A stretch of DNA of 64,000 nucleotides from the NCBI GenBank assembly GCA_036405415.1, contig DASWXP010000002.1, positions 492,450 through 556,449 of the forward strand, read 5' to 3'. Both the position numbers and the translations under genes were made by a program. Below the pieces are notes generated by a model. That model was not told where the DNA came from, searched no databases, and saw only the letters and a list, made by a program, of their open reading frames with translations. The stretch is from Minisyncoccota bacterium (GTDB taxonomy: Bacteria; Patescibacteriota; Minisyncoccia; Phycocordibacterales; Phycocordibacteraceae). Positions 45,270 through 55,379 of the stretch are shown one piece after another. Each line of letters starts with the position of its first letter. Positions within the stretch are counted from its first letter, which is position 1.

Positions 45270-46405
45270 AGGGGCTCGTAGGGAAGACGCCGAGAACCTC
45301 CTGGCTCGCCGAGTGGCCGCTTCTTTTGATACCGGTGGCGCTCTCGCTGCTTGGCATCGTTACGATGCATACGTTCGGAGGCGAAGGCTCGCTCGCGCCG
45401 AGGCAGCTCATCTGGCTTGTGATCGCGATCGGGGTGTTCGTCGCGTGCGCGTCTGCGGACGTGCGCTTCATACGGCGCACGCCCGTGATTCTGGTGGGGT
45501 ACGCGATATCGGTGTTCCTCCTCCTCTTGCTCCTGGTGACGGCATATTCGATCCAGGGCGCGCGTTCCTGGTTCGACCTCGGGTTCTTCACGCTCCAGCC
45601 GTCGGACCCGATCAAGCTCGTGTTCATCGCGCTCATGGCGAAGTACTTCTCCAGGCGCCATATGGAGATAGGGGACTTCCGGCACATTATCGTCTCAGGC
45701 GCCTATGCCGCAGGCCTCATCCTCCTCATTCTCGTCGAGCCGGACCTCGGTACGGCAGCGATCTTTAGCATCGTATGGTTCGGCATGATCCTGGTGTCAG
45801 GCATCTCGAAGAAGCATCTCGCAATCATCGTCACGGCAGCGGCCATCGTCATCTCAGGACTCTGGGTGTTCGCGCTTCGGGATTACCAAAGAGACCGCAT
45901 CGTGTCGTTCCTCAATCCCGCTGCCGATATCCACGGCGCGGGGTATAACGCGTACCAGGCTACGGTAGCCGTGGGCTCCGGAGAGGTTACCGGAAAGGGT
46001 ATCGGATACGGGACCCAGTCAAAGCTGCAGTTCCTGCCTGAGTACGAGACCGACTTCATATTCGCGTCCTATGCAGAAGAATGGGGATTCGTCGGTGTCG
46101 TGCTCGTACTCTTGCTGTACGGCATACTCCTTGCACGGCTGCTTGCGATCGCGCGCCGGTCGGCGACGAACTTCGATGCGTTCTTCACGATCGGCGTGGC
46201 GCTCCTTTTCACGGCGCATGTATTCATCCACGCAGGCATCAACCTCGGCCTCCTTCCGGTTACCGGTACCACCATCCCGTTCATGAGCTACGGCGGGTCG
46301 CACATCATCGTCGAGTTCGCAGCGCTCGGGATCGTCGCGTCGCTCGCTCGCGACGCGCGTAGCGTCCCCCGGGAGCGCGCAGGGAACGAGTACCTGGGAG
46401 GCTAG
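45266..46405 (+). CDS. ftsW: SEDS-family peptidoglycan glycosyltransferase (FtsW/RodA)
   Basis: About 10 TM helices, conserved SEDS region (YQATVAVGSGEVTGKGIGYGTQSKLQFLPEYETDFIFASYAEEWGF), and C-terminal TIPFMSYGGS. Confidence 0.8.
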   Translation: MKGLVGKTPRTSWLAEWPLLLIPVALSLLGIVTMHTFGGEGSLAPRQLIWLVIAIGVFVACASADVRFIRRTPVILVGYAISVFLLLLLLVTAYSIQGARSWFDLGFFTLQPSDPIKLVFIALMAKYFSRRHMEIGDFRHIIVSGAYAAGLILLILVEPDLGTAAIFSIVWFGMILVSGISKKHLAIIVTAAAIVISGLWVFALRDYQRDRIVSFLNPAADIHGAGYNAYQATVAVGSGEVTGKGIGYGTQSKLQFLPEYETDFIFASYAEEWGFVGVVLVLLLYGILLARLLAIARRSATNFDAFFTIGVALLFTAHVFIHAGINLGLLPVTGTTIPFMSYGGSHIIVEFAALGIVASLARDARSVPRERAGNEYLGG

Positions 46406-47565
46406 TTCCGGTACAGGGAAAGGGTGCGGGCTATCATGCGTTCGATCGAGAACTTGTTGCGCACCTGCTCCTCAAGCGCCTGTCCAAGACGCTCTCGCAG
46501 TGCGCTGTCGTGTACGAGCGTGTGAAGCGCGCTAGCAAGCGCCTTCGAATTATTCGGGGGCACCAGGAGTCCGGTTACCTCGTGCTCGAGCACTTCAGGG
46601 ATGCCGCCTATCTCGCTTCCGACGCACGGGAGTTTGGCAAGCCCCGCTTCAAGGAACGCGTACCCGAGGGCTTCGGTGCGAGACGGGAGCGCAAAGATGT
46701 CGAGCGCAGGCAGGTAGCGCGCCGCGTCCGGGACGAAGCCTGCGAGGTAAATGCGGTCCGGGAGATCGAACACCTGGGCAAGCTTTGAGAGCCAGGCGTA
46801 CGACTGGCCTTCGCCCATGATGACGAGCACCACCGGTACGTCCTCGCGCGCTACCTTCGCGAACGCTTCGATAAGCGTATCGAGTCCCTTCGTGGGATGG
46901 AGCTCTGCGATGACGCCGACCCAGAGCGCGTCCGGGTGGCTACGCACGAATTCAGGAGCAAGTGCCTGGCGCGCTTCATTGCGAGACAGGAACGGGATAG
47001 GGGAGACGCCGTTATGGATGACGCGCATTCGCTTCCCAACGAGCGGCATGAACCGCGCATCGTGCTGAATAGCTTTCGAGACGGCGATCGTATTGTGCGA
47101 GAGGAGAACAGTCAGGTAGTGGAAGGCAGCGATGAGCGCTTTCTGCCACTTCGGCCGAGACTCATTGAATGCCCACCCGTGTGCCGTGAATACGATATGC
47201 GGCACGCGCTCGATGCGTCCGATGATTGCGGCGAGCGCCCCGGCCTTCGAGCTGTTTCCATGGATCACGTCCGGGCCGAAATCGCGCACGATGGTGCGGA
47301 GTGCGAGGAACGAGTCGATCTCGGCACGGATCTTAATATCGCGCTGCATGCTGCCGATCGACTCGGAGGCAACGCCTGCAGCCTCGAGGCGCTCGGTTAG
47401 GGGACCAGCATTCCCGCTCACCACGAGCACATCGTGTCCGGCCTGCTTCGCCGCGGTCGCAAGATCGAATACGTAGCGCTGGGCACCACCCCAGTTAGCC
47501 TTGGTAATAACGTAGAGGATACGGAGCGGCCGGGCGGGGCCTGCTACTTCCGGGCGGTCATGCAT
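46402..47565 (-). CDS. GT4-family (group 1) glycosyltransferase
   Basis: GT-B fold with N-terminal (ILYVITKANWGGAQRYV) and C-terminal EX7E-type regions (LPSRTEALGYAFLEAGLAKLPCVGSEIGGIPEVL). Confidence 0.8.
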   Translation of the reverse strand: MHDRPEVAGPARPLRILYVITKANWGGAQRYVFDLATAAKQAGHDVLVVSGNAGPLTERLEAAGVASESIGSMQRDIKIRAEIDSFLALRTIVRDFGPDVIHGNSSKAGALAAIIGRIERVPHIVFTAHGWAFNESRPKWQKALIAAFHYLTVLLSHNTIAVSKAIQHDARFMPLVGKRMRVIHNGVSPIPFLSRNEARQALAPEFVRSHPDALWVGVIAELHPTKGLDTLIEAFAKVAREDVPVVLVIMGEGQSYAWLSKLAQVFDLPDRIYLAGFVPDAARYLPALDIFALPSRTEALGYAFLEAGLAKLPCVGSEIGGIPEVLEHEVTGLLVPPNNSKALASALHTLVHDSALRERLGQALEEQVRNKFSIERMIARTLSLYRN

Positions 47566-47588
47566 GTTCTATAGTATAAAGGAAGCTC

Positions 47589-48947
47589 ATGGTATATGGC
47601 GGCAAGCGCGCCCCGGCGCTCCTCTTCATCGGCGATATCGCCGTATTTTGCGTTTCCCTCTGGCTGACGCTCTTTTTGCGTACCGGCACTTTTCCCACGA
47701 CCGCTCTTCTGGCAGATCATGCCCGCCCGTTCGCTATCCTGTTTGCGCTCTGGGCGCTCGTGTTCTACATGTCCGGACTCTACGGAAAGGGCATCGTGCT
47801 TCTAAAGAGCCATCTCCCGCAGGCGCTCCTCAGGACGCAGGTAGCGAACATTCTTCTTGCGGCGCTCTTTTTCTTTGCGGTTCCCGGCATCGGGATCGCG
47901 CCGAAAACGAACCTCGCAATCTATCTCGTCGTATCGCTCCTTCTCATATTTCTCTGGCGCCTCGCGCTTTACCCGCGCCTTACTGTGCACCGCGAGCGGG
48001 GAAGGGCGATTCTTATCGCAGAAGGAGATGATGTGAAGCAGCTTCAGGAGGAGGTGAACGGGAACTCGCGCTACCCGATGCGTTTCATCGCTGCCTGGAC
48101 GCCCGCGTCGTTCATGGCGCTTTCTGAGGAGGAACGTGTTGAGGCGACCGATGGCATCGATCTGGTGGTCGCGGACATCGCTGCGTGCAGCGCACACGGC
48201 CTCCTCCCGGTGCTCTATGACCTTCCAGGAGGGATAGGCACCTACGAGCTCGTGGACTTTACAGATCTTTACGAGGAAGTGTTCGACCGCATCCCACTCT
48301 CGCTTCTGGACCAGGGCTGGTTCCTTGAGCATGTCACGGAGCGCGATCCGCTCTGGTATACCGTTCCTAAGCGCGCGATTGATATTGTCGGAGGTGTGGC
48401 CATGGGACTCGTGACGCTGCTTGTGCTTCCGTTCGTGTGGATCGCGCTCAGGCTCGAGGGACCAGGGCCGCTTCTGATCGCACAGGAACGCATGGGCAAG
48501 CGCGGTTCCACCATGACGGTCTACAAGTTCCGCAGCATGGCGAAAGTTGATGGCGGCGCCTGGAAAGGTGAGACCGAGAATAGGGTCACGAAGGTGGGAT
48601 CGATCCTACGACAGATCTCGATAGATGAGTTTCCGCAGTTCTGGAACATCATCCGTGGAGACATTTCGCTTATCGGCCCTCGTAACGACCTCTTGTCGCT
48701 CGGACAGCGGCTTGAGGAGGCGCTTCCATATTACGTGATGCGCTATGCCGTCACACCCGGTCTCACCGGATGGGCGCAGATCAATCAGCAGTACGAGCCG
48801 GGGAACCTCTCTCCGCAGTCGATTCAGGAGACCACGGTGCGTCTCGCATACGATTTCTACTATCTGAAGCACCGCTCGCTCGGCCTTGATCTCGTGATTG
48901 CGCTCAAGACCATCAAGAGGATGTTCTTCAGGCTTTCGACCTGGTAG
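47589..48947 (+). CDS. polyprenyl-phosphate hexose-1-phosphate transferase (WbaP/exopolysaccharide sugar transferase family)
   Basis: 4-5 N-terminal TM helices and a C-terminal 'bacterial sugar transferase' domain (PLLIAQERMGKRGSTMTVYKFRSMAKVDGG...EFPQFWNIIRGDISLIGPR). Confidence 0.8.
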   Translation: MVYGGKRAPALLFIGDIAVFCVSLWLTLFLRTGTFPTTALLADHARPFAILFALWALVFYMSGLYGKGIVLLKSHLPQALLRTQVANILLAALFFFAVPGIGIAPKTNLAIYLVVSLLLIFLWRLALYPRLTVHRERGRAILIAEGDDVKQLQEEVNGNSRYPMRFIAAWTPASFMALSEEERVEATDGIDLVVADIAACSAHGLLPVLYDLPGGIGTYELVDFTDLYEEVFDRIPLSLLDQGWFLEHVTERDPLWYTVPKRAIDIVGGVAMGLVTLLVLPFVWIALRLEGPGPLLIAQERMGKRGSTMTVYKFRSMAKVDGGAWKGETENRVTKVGSILRQISIDEFPQFWNIIRGDISLIGPRNDLLSLGQRLEEALPYYVMRYAVTPGLTGWAQINQQYEPGNLSPQSIQETTVRLAYDFYYLKHRSLGLDLVIALKTIKRMFFRLSTW

Positions 48948-48957
48948 TCTCATACAT

Positions 48958-50025
48958 ATGAAGCACACGGTATTCATCACGGGCGCGGCAGGGTACGTAG
49001 GTACGATGCTCGTACGACGGTTCGCGGCGCGCGAGGATGTCGAGCGCGTGATCGGCCTCGATAAGGAGCCCGTACCGGACCTCATCAAGGACGAGCCGAA
49101 GCTTACTTACATAGAGACGAATACCGCAGACGAAGGATGGGAGGAAGAGGTACAGGCGCTCAATCCCGACATCGTCATCCATACCGCCTGGCAGATCCGC
49201 GAGATCTACGGCAACCGGGCGCTCACCTGGAGGTGGAATATCGAGGGCTCTGACCGGGTGTTCGATTTCGCGTACGGCACACCGAGCGTGAAGCGTCTCG
49301 TGCACTTCTCGACCGTTGCCTCATACGGCGCCTTCGCCTCGAACACGCTCGAGCACCGGTTCACTGAGGGCGAGCCGTTCCGGAAGACCGACTATCTGTA
49401 TGCGGAAGAGAAGCGTATAACCGAAGAGCACCTCAAGGAACGCTTCGATAACGCCCCTCGCAAGGTGCCGACTGCGATCGTGCGTCCAGCCGCTATCACG
49501 GGCCCGCGCGGCCGCTTCATGCGCATCCGCTTCGGGCTCCAGGCAGCGCTTGCCGGACAGCTCAAGGACTCGTTCGTGTACCGTATCGTATCCCTCATGA
49601 CGCGCTTTGTGCCGGTCACACCGAAGTGGCTGCGGCAGTTTATCCACGAGGACGATGTAATAAACCTGGTCGAGCTGCTCGCGCTTTCAGAACCGAAGGG
49701 AGACTATGAGATCTTCAACATCTGCCCTCCAGGAGACGTCGTGCTCGGCAAGGATATGGCCGCAGCCGTAGGGAAGAAGGCGATCATGATACAGCCATGG
49801 ATGGCTCGTATTCCGTTTGCAGTGCTCTGGCACGGCACGCGCGGCAAGGTTCCGACCGCAAAGGGCAGCTGGAAGGGATATTCGTACCCGATTGCGGTAG
49901 ACGGGTCGAAACTCACGAAAGTGTACGGATACGAATACCAGTACCCGAGCCTCGACGCATTCCGCTATACGGACGGAGAGTATGAATGCTTCGTGCCGGA
50001 GCCGCTGCGCAATCCGAAGCCATGA
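48958..50025 (+). CDS. NAD-dependent epimerase/dehydratase (SDR extended family)
   Basis: Rossmann motif VFITGAAGYVGTMLV. The upstream TTG at 48898 would overlap the sugar transferase gene. Confidence 0.7.
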   Translation: MKHTVFITGAAGYVGTMLVRRFAAREDVERVIGLDKEPVPDLIKDEPKLTYIETNTADEGWEEEVQALNPDIVIHTAWQIREIYGNRALTWRWNIEGSDRVFDFAYGTPSVKRLVHFSTVASYGAFASNTLEHRFTEGEPFRKTDYLYAEEKRITEEHLKERFDNAPRKVPTAIVRPAAITGPRGRFMRIRFGLQAALAGQLKDSFVYRIVSLMTRFVPVTPKWLRQFIHEDDVINLVELLALSEPKGDYEIFNICPPGDVVLGKDMAAAVGKKAIMIQPWMARIPFAVLWHGTRGKVPTAKGSWKGYSYPIAVDGSKLTKVYGYEYQYPSLDAFRYTDGEYECFVPEPLRNPKP

Positions 50026-50849
50026 TCGTAGACGGACGCAGCATTGCTTCCGACATCCTGAGGGAAGTGAAGGCGGGCATCGATCGTACCGTCGTAGTGC
50101 GCGCGGTGGTCGTGTCTCCATCCCCGGCAACCGAGTCCTATCTCTCGATCAAAGCGGCGCGTGCCGAGGAAGCCGGGATGCATCTTGAGGTAGTGCGGCT
50201 CGATAGCCACGCTACGGAACCTGAGATCAAGGAATGGGTGACGTCCCCAGGATGCGACGCGGTTATCGTGCAGCTGCCGCTTCCGGACCACATGGATCAG
50301 AACGCGGTACTCGATGCGATTCCTGTTGCACGGGACGCGGACGTGCTTTCGCAGGAAGCGTACGCGCGCTTCGTGCGCGGCAACGGCGTGGTGCCGCCGG
50401 TGGCTTCAGCTATAGCGCAGATCCTCGTGCGCGAAGGAGTCGATGTGTCCGGAAAGAGAGCGGCGGTTGTGGGGCAAGGCAAGCTCGTAGGGAAGCCTGC
50501 AGTGGTGCTCCTTCGGGCGCTCGGCGCCTCGGTTGAGACGGTTACCAAGGAAGCAGGAGACCTCTCGCTTCTGAAGGACGCGGACATCGTGGTCACGGGC
50601 GCAGGAGTGCCAGGACTTATACGTCCGGAACATCTGAAGGAGGGAGCGGTGCTTATCGACGCGGGCACCTCGGAATCGGACGGCGCTATCGTGGGAGATG
50701 CGGATCCGGCCTGCATGACGGTGGCGTCCGTGTTCACTCCGGTTCCAGGCGGAGTCGGTCCGGTCGCGGTCGCGTGCCTATTTCGCAACGTAAGCGCTCT
50801 TCTGGAAACCCCGTTGCAGGACGCTCCAAAGGGCGTAGACTCTGAGTAA
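50022..50849 (+). CDS. folD: bifunctional methylenetetrahydrofolate dehydrogenase/cyclohydrolase
   Basis: IVDGRSIASDILREVKAGI..., DAVIVQLPLP, and NAD(P) site VVGQGKLVGKPAVVLL with GVGP. ATGA overlap with the upstream gene. Confidence 0.85.
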   Translation: MIVDGRSIASDILREVKAGIDRTVVVRAVVVSPSPATESYLSIKAARAEEAGMHLEVVRLDSHATEPEIKEWVTSPGCDAVIVQLPLPDHMDQNAVLDAIPVARDADVLSQEAYARFVRGNGVVPPVASAIAQILVREGVDVSGKRAAVVGQGKLVGKPAVVLLRALGASVETVTKEAGDLSLLKDADIVVTGAGVPGLIRPEHLKEGAVLIDAGTSESDGAIVGDADPACMTVASVFTPVPGGVGPVAVACLFRNVSALLETPLQDAPKGVDSE

Positions 50850-50861
50850 TACATCATTTAT

Positions 50862-52160
50862 ATGCGCTATATACCTGCTCTCGTGGTGCTCATCGTGTCC
50901 GGCCTTCTGGGCTGGTATGTTCTCTCTCCGGGGCACCCTGTAAAGCTCGGTCTTGACCTTGCAGGCGGCACGGAGCTCATCTACCGCGCTGACACGAGCC
51001 TCGTACAGACTGATACGCAAGGCGCCCTTAACTCGCTGCGTGAGGTTATCGAGCGCCGCGTGAACGTGTTTGGGGTCGCAGAACCGTTGGTGCAGATCGA
51101 GCAGTCGAGCGCGGTTGCGGGAGCGGTCGAGAACCGTCTTCTCGTGGAGCTTCCAGGCGTCACGGACGTGCAGGCAGCGGTGGACGCGATCGGAAAGACG
51201 CCATCTCTTGAGTTCAGGCTTCTCGACCCGGCGTCGATGGTTGGCGGAGAGCCTGCGTTCGTACCGACCGAGCTCACCGGCCGGTACCTTAAGAAGGCTG
51301 ATCTCCAGTTCGGCAGCCAGAGCGGGGGACCGGGCATCTCAAACGAGCCGATCGTGCTTCTTACGTTTACGGACGAGGGCGCCGCGCTCTTCGAGCAGAT
51401 AACGCGCGACAACGTGGGCAACATGCTCGCCATCTACCTTGATGGTGAGCCGATCTCCACGCCGGTTATCCGCGAGGCGATTCCGGGAGGCGTAGCTACC
51501 GTATCAGGCGGCTTCACGCCTGAAGAGGCGCGTGAGCTCGTGCGTAACCTCAACTTCGGCGCGCTCCCAGTACCGATCGAGCTCATCGGTTCAGGCACGG
51601 TCGGTCCGACGCTCGGCGCGGAAGCCTTCGAGGAAGGTCTCGTGGCGACCGGTATCGGCTTTGCGCTCGTGGCGCTCTTCATGATCCTCTGGTACCGCCT
51701 CCCAGGCCTTATCGCGTCGCTCGCCCTCGTTATTTACGTGGTCGCGACAGTGGCACTCATCAAGTTCATTCCTATTACGCTCACGACTTCGGGTATCGCA
51801 GGTTTCATCCTGTCCATCGGCATGGCGGTTGATGCGAACGTGCTTATCTTCGAGCGCATGAAGGAAGAGCTCCGTCGCGGCGTAGCGGCGCGCGAAGCGC
51901 TCCGTATCGGATTCGCGCGCGCATGGACCGCTATCCGCGACGGCCACTTCACGATGATCATCTCGAGCGTGATTCTCTTCTGGGTTGGCACCTCGATCGT
52001 GCAGGGCTTCGCGCTCGTGTTCGGCCTCGGCGTGATCGCGTCCTTGATAACGGCCGTGTTCATCACTCGCGTGCTCCTGCTCGCCATCGTTCCAGAGGAG
52101 GCAGGGAAGACCTGGCGCTTCCTGCTTGAGACCGGGCTCTATCGCCATAACCACAAGTAA
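50862..52160 (+). CDS. secD: protein-export membrane protein SecD
   Basis: N-terminal TM, periplasmic domain (LGLDLAGGTELIYR), and C-terminal 6-TM bundle. 432 aa. Confidence 0.85.
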   Translation: MRYIPALVVLIVSGLLGWYVLSPGHPVKLGLDLAGGTELIYRADTSLVQTDTQGALNSLREVIERRVNVFGVAEPLVQIEQSSAVAGAVENRLLVELPGVTDVQAAVDAIGKTPSLEFRLLDPASMVGGEPAFVPTELTGRYLKKADLQFGSQSGGPGISNEPIVLLTFTDEGAALFEQITRDNVGNMLAIYLDGEPISTPVIREAIPGGVATVSGGFTPEEARELVRNLNFGALPVPIELIGSGTVGPTLGAEAFEEGLVATGIGFALVALFMILWYRLPGLIASLALVIYVVATVALIKFIPITLTTSGIAGFILSIGMAVDANVLIFERMKEELRRGVAAREALRIGFARAWTAIRDGHFTMIISSVILFWVGTSIVQGFALVFGLGVIASLITAVFITRVLLLAIVPEEAGKTWRFLLETGLYRHNHK

Positions 52161-52161
52161 T

Positions 52162-53085
52162 ATGTTTGTCGTACGCCACCGCCGCTTCTTCTTCATCCTC
52201 ACGGGCTTGCTCCTTGCAGGCTCCGTCATCGCGACCGCGGTCATTCCGCCATCCTTGTCAATCGAGTTCACGGGCGGCTCCCTCATGGAGGTCCGCTACG
52301 ACGCGGAACGCCCGTCGGTAGAGACGGTCCGCGAGCGCCTCGAGCCGCTTCACCTGGGTGAGCCGTCGGTCCGCGAGAGCGGCGATAACGCTATCACGCT
52401 CCGCACCCGCACGCTCTCTCCGGAAGAGCGGACTGCGGTTATCTCTGCGCTCTCAAGCGCAGGCACCGATCCGGTTACGGAACTCCGATTTAATTCCATC
52501 GGCCCATCCCTCGGAAACGAGCTCGCGATCAAGGCGCTCTACGCTATCGGTGCCGTTACGCTCGCCATCATGCTGTACATCGCGTGGGCATTCCGCGGCA
52601 TCTCGCGCCCGGTGCCATCCTGGGGCTACGGCATCATCGCCGTGTTCATGCTCGCGATCGATATCATCGTGCCGACGGGCTTCTACGCTATCTATGCGTA
52701 CTTCACGGGGGCGCAGTTCGACTCCTTGTTCGTGATCGCGCTCCTTGCGCTCCTTGGATACTGCGTGAACGATGTGATCGTTATCTTCGACCGCGTCCGC
52801 GAGCATCTTCGCAACAACGAGGAAGGAGAGATCGAGGAAGACTTTGAGGTTACTGTCGGAAAGTCTATCGACGAGACCATGGGGCGCTCCATCAATACGG
52901 GGCTTACCGTAGTGCTCGCGCTTCTTGCGCTTACTGTTATCGGGAGCGAGGCTACCCGTAACTTCGCGCTCGTCATGATGGTGGGCGTTGCGGCGGGTAC
53001 CTTCTCCTCCATCACCCGCTCTGCGCCGCTTCTGATTCCGATCGCTGCGTGGCTCGAGAAGAAGCGCGCCGCTAAGGAAGCGTAA
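52162..53085 (+). CDS. secF: protein-export membrane protein SecF
   Basis: Immediately follows secD. FTGGSLMEVRY motif and C-terminal TM bundle. Confidence 0.85.
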   Translation: MFVVRHRRFFFILTGLLLAGSVIATAVIPPSLSIEFTGGSLMEVRYDAERPSVETVRERLEPLHLGEPSVRESGDNAITLRTRTLSPEERTAVISALSSAGTDPVTELRFNSIGPSLGNELAIKALYAIGAVTLAIMLYIAWAFRGISRPVPSWGYGIIAVFMLAIDIIVPTGFYAIYAYFTGAQFDSLFVIALLALLGYCVNDVIVIFDRVREHLRNNEEGEIEEDFEVTVGKSIDETMGRSINTGLTVVLALLALTVIGSEATRNFALVMMVGVAAGTFSSITRSAPLLIPIAAWLEKKRAAKEA

Positions 53086-53090
53086 CGATC

Positions 53091-53645
53091 ATGATCATAG
53101 GCATCACCGGTTCGTTCGGAGCAGGGAAGGGCGCGGTGGTGGACTATCTCGTACGCGAGAAAGGATTCGCGGACTATTCTGCCCGCGCATTCATAACCGA
53201 CGAGATAAAGTTTCGAGAGCTTCCGGTGAATCGAGACACCATGGCAGAGGTTGCGAACGATCTTCGGCAGAAGCACGAGCCTACCTACATCATCGAGTCT
53301 CTGTATACCAAGGCGAAGGAGCGGGGAGGGGATGCGGTTATCGAGAGCCTTCGCGCAGTTGCCGAAGTGCGTCTCATAAAGAAGCTCGGAGGCGTCGTAC
53401 TCGGAATCGACGCGCCGCCAGAGCTTCGCTACGAGCGCGCGGTCGCGCGCGGGAGCGAGACCGACAAGGTGCCGTACGAAGAGTGGCTCCAGCAGGAGAT
53501 ACGCGAATCGAATCCGAACGATCCTACGAAGCAGGACATCTTCGGCTCTCTTCGAGAGGCGGACATTCTCATAGAGAACAAAGGCTCCCTTCAGGAGCTT
53601 TATGAAAAGATAGACGACATGCTCAAGCAGCAGCGTCTTGGATAA
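53091..53645 (+). CDS. P-loop nucleotide kinase (dephospho-CoA kinase-like)
   Basis: MIIGITGSFGAGKGAV resembles the CoaE IGLTGGIGSGKS P-loop. 184 aa. Exact substrate uncertain. Confidence 0.45.
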   Translation: MIIGITGSFGAGKGAVVDYLVREKGFADYSARAFITDEIKFRELPVNRDTMAEVANDLRQKHEPTYIIESLYTKAKERGGDAVIESLRAVAEVRLIKKLGGVVLGIDAPPELRYERAVARGSETDKVPYEEWLQQEIRESNPNDPTKQDIFGSLREADILIENKGSLQELYEKIDDMLKQQRLG

Positions 53646-53656
53646 CACTTAAATCT

Positions 53657-54118
53657 ATGCCGCATATTCACGAGAAGCTCGATTTTGCATCAGACGTGTT
53701 TCTCGTGAATGACAATGCGGTACTGCTTAGGCTGCATGATAAGTACAACACCTGGTTTCCTCCAGGCGGTCATGTAGAGCTTGGCGAGGATCCCGAAGAA
53801 GCGGCAATTCGTGAAGTACAGGAGGAGGTTGGTATTACAGTAGATCTTTTCGGCGAGCGAGCGCCAGCATTTGATGACGCTGAAAAGGAAGTGCTCGTAC
53901 CCCGGTTCGTTAACCGTCATTGGATTAATGACACTCACGAACACGTCTCGTTCGTCTATTTTGCACGGTCTCAAACTCGGGATGTAGCGCAAGGCGAGAC
54001 AGAAATCAGTGAGAATATAAAGTGGTTCACTCGAGAGGAGCTAACAGACCCAGCGTATGGGGTGATGGAACGAGTGCAGCACTATGCACGAGCAGCGCTC
54101 GACGTGCTCGGCTCCTAG
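53657..54118 (+). CDS. NUDIX hydrolase
   Basis: Nudix box GGHVELGEDPEEAAIREVQEEVGI. Confidence 0.8.
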   Translation: MPHIHEKLDFASDVFLVNDNAVLLRLHDKYNTWFPPGGHVELGEDPEEAAIREVQEEVGITVDLFGERAPAFDDAEKEVLVPRFVNRHWINDTHEHVSFVYFARSQTRDVAQGETEISENIKWFTREELTDPAYGVMERVQHYARAALDVLGS

Positions 54119-54825
54119 GAAATAACCGTTCCGGTAAACGGCTTCCCGTCGAGATAGTTCTCAAACTCAGGAAGCATTGCACCGTTAATAATCGCAACCT
54201 CAAGGCCGAGCACTTCAGCTTCGCGCGCTGCCACCGGATCGAATGGGGAAGAGAGTCCCGGATCCCATTCGTCTGGGATGAGCTTCCTGAAGTCTCTCCA
54301 GGCAATCTTCTCGATCTTCTGCGCGTCCGGGTTCTTGCGAGGATCCGCAGTGTATACGTAGTCGATATTTGAGAGGTTCACGAGCTTCTTCGCTCCGAGC
54401 GTCTTAGCGGCCATGACGGCGCAGTAGTCCGTAGACCAGCCTGGCTTCCAGCCGGCACCGATAACGATGGACTCGCGTCCGCGGAAGCGGTGCGTCGGAT
54501 TCTTTATGATGCGTGCCTGTGCCTCCTCGATGAATATCGTGCGCAGGAGATGCGCGTTGAGGCGCGTGGAATGAATACCGAGCCAGTCCATATCCTCGCG
54601 GTCGAGTTCTTCTTCGCCACGAATCGCAGCAGCAGCTTCCTGATAGTTGCGCGAGAGGCGACCGCCTCCTGCAACGATATAAAAAGAAGACCCGTCCTGG
54701 GTCTTCTTGCGGAGGAGCGAACGGAATGCAGTAAGAAAGGAGACGTCGATGCCATCGGGAACGAGGAGCGAGCCTCCGACGGAGACTACGACATACTCAC
54801 GCTTGTTCCTTCTGGGCAAACGCAT
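54115..54825 (-). CDS. pyrH: UMP kinase
   Basis: Amino-acid-kinase fold with VVSVGGSLL and YIVAGGG motifs. 236 aa. Confidence 0.75.
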   Translation of the reverse strand: MRLPRRNKREYVVVSVGGSLLVPDGIDVSFLTAFRSLLRKKTQDGSSFYIVAGGGRLSRNYQEAAAAIRGEEELDREDMDWLGIHSTRLNAHLLRTIFIEEAQARIIKNPTHRFRGRESIVIGAGWKPGWSTDYCAVMAAKTLGAKKLVNLSNIDYVYTADPRKNPDAQKIEKIAWRDFRKLIPDEWDPGLSSPFDPVAAREAEVLGLEVAIINGAMLPEFENYLDGKPFTGTVIS

Positions 54826-55225
54826 TGCAAAGCTTGACGGCTCTTCCTATTCTACGCTCATGAGTGGGGAGCGCAATCTGGAAAAGTCTCATTTCGGTGT
54901 CATACCAGGTTGGCACGGAACATGAAGTCGCGTATGCTTCCTGTTCTGCTACACGGAGGTTGTTTGTGCAGAGTTTGTATCGTTTACGAGTGCGAAATAC
55001 CCAGAACCGAAAGTCGAGCGCGCGCCGCTTCAGGGCCGCGAATGACGAAGAGGCCATACGGGAGATCCCTTGGCTCATGAGTCAGGAGAAAAGCCCTTGG
55101 GCCAAACCCAAGCCCATGTACGTCAAGAACCTCGATTCTGGGGAAATAATCTGGAGCAACGCCGCGTAGCGGAGGCTCTTTCAGAAACCGCCACGGGTTA
55201 CACCGTGGCGGCCTTATTTTAAGCC
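54826..55225. other. roughly 400-nt lower-GC region of unknown function ending in a strong terminator (candidate ncRNA, or a 101-aa ORF 54864-55169)
   Basis: GC about 52%. The 54864-55169 ORF lacks the GC3 bias of neighbouring genes. Terminator at 55188-55220 sits immediately upstream of the 16S promoter. Confidence 0.25.
55188..55220 (+). terminator. intrinsic terminator
   Basis: 9-bp stem ccgccacgg / ccgtggcgg, 6-nt loop, then ccttatttt. Confidence 0.6.
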
Positions 55226-55237
55226 CTATATTCCCGC

Positions 55238-55266
55238 TTGACGCTATTTGGAGGGTCCTGTACTAT
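55238..55266 (+). promoter_or_regulatory. sigma70-type promoter for the 16S rRNA
   Basis: TTGACG - 17 nt - TACTAT, about 115 nt upstream of the 16S 5' end. Confidence 0.5.
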
Positions 55267-55379
55267 AGCCCTACTGCCTCCTTGTGGAGGCGGGGTTTGT
55301 TTTCGCTCTTCGAAAACTGAATAGTGAACATGCAAAAAATTGGTAAGAACATGAGTTTTCTTGTGTTCCGCCTATTCTT

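Noticed and set aside
54864-55169. RNase P RNA or SRP RNA identity for the pyrH to 16S spacer
   Set aside because: The universal RNase P CR-I and CR-V blocks (GGAAAGUCCGGGCUCC, ACAGAAnCCGGCUUA) and the SRP domain IV motif (GGAAGCAGC) were not found. Only weak partial matches, so left as an unassigned candidate.
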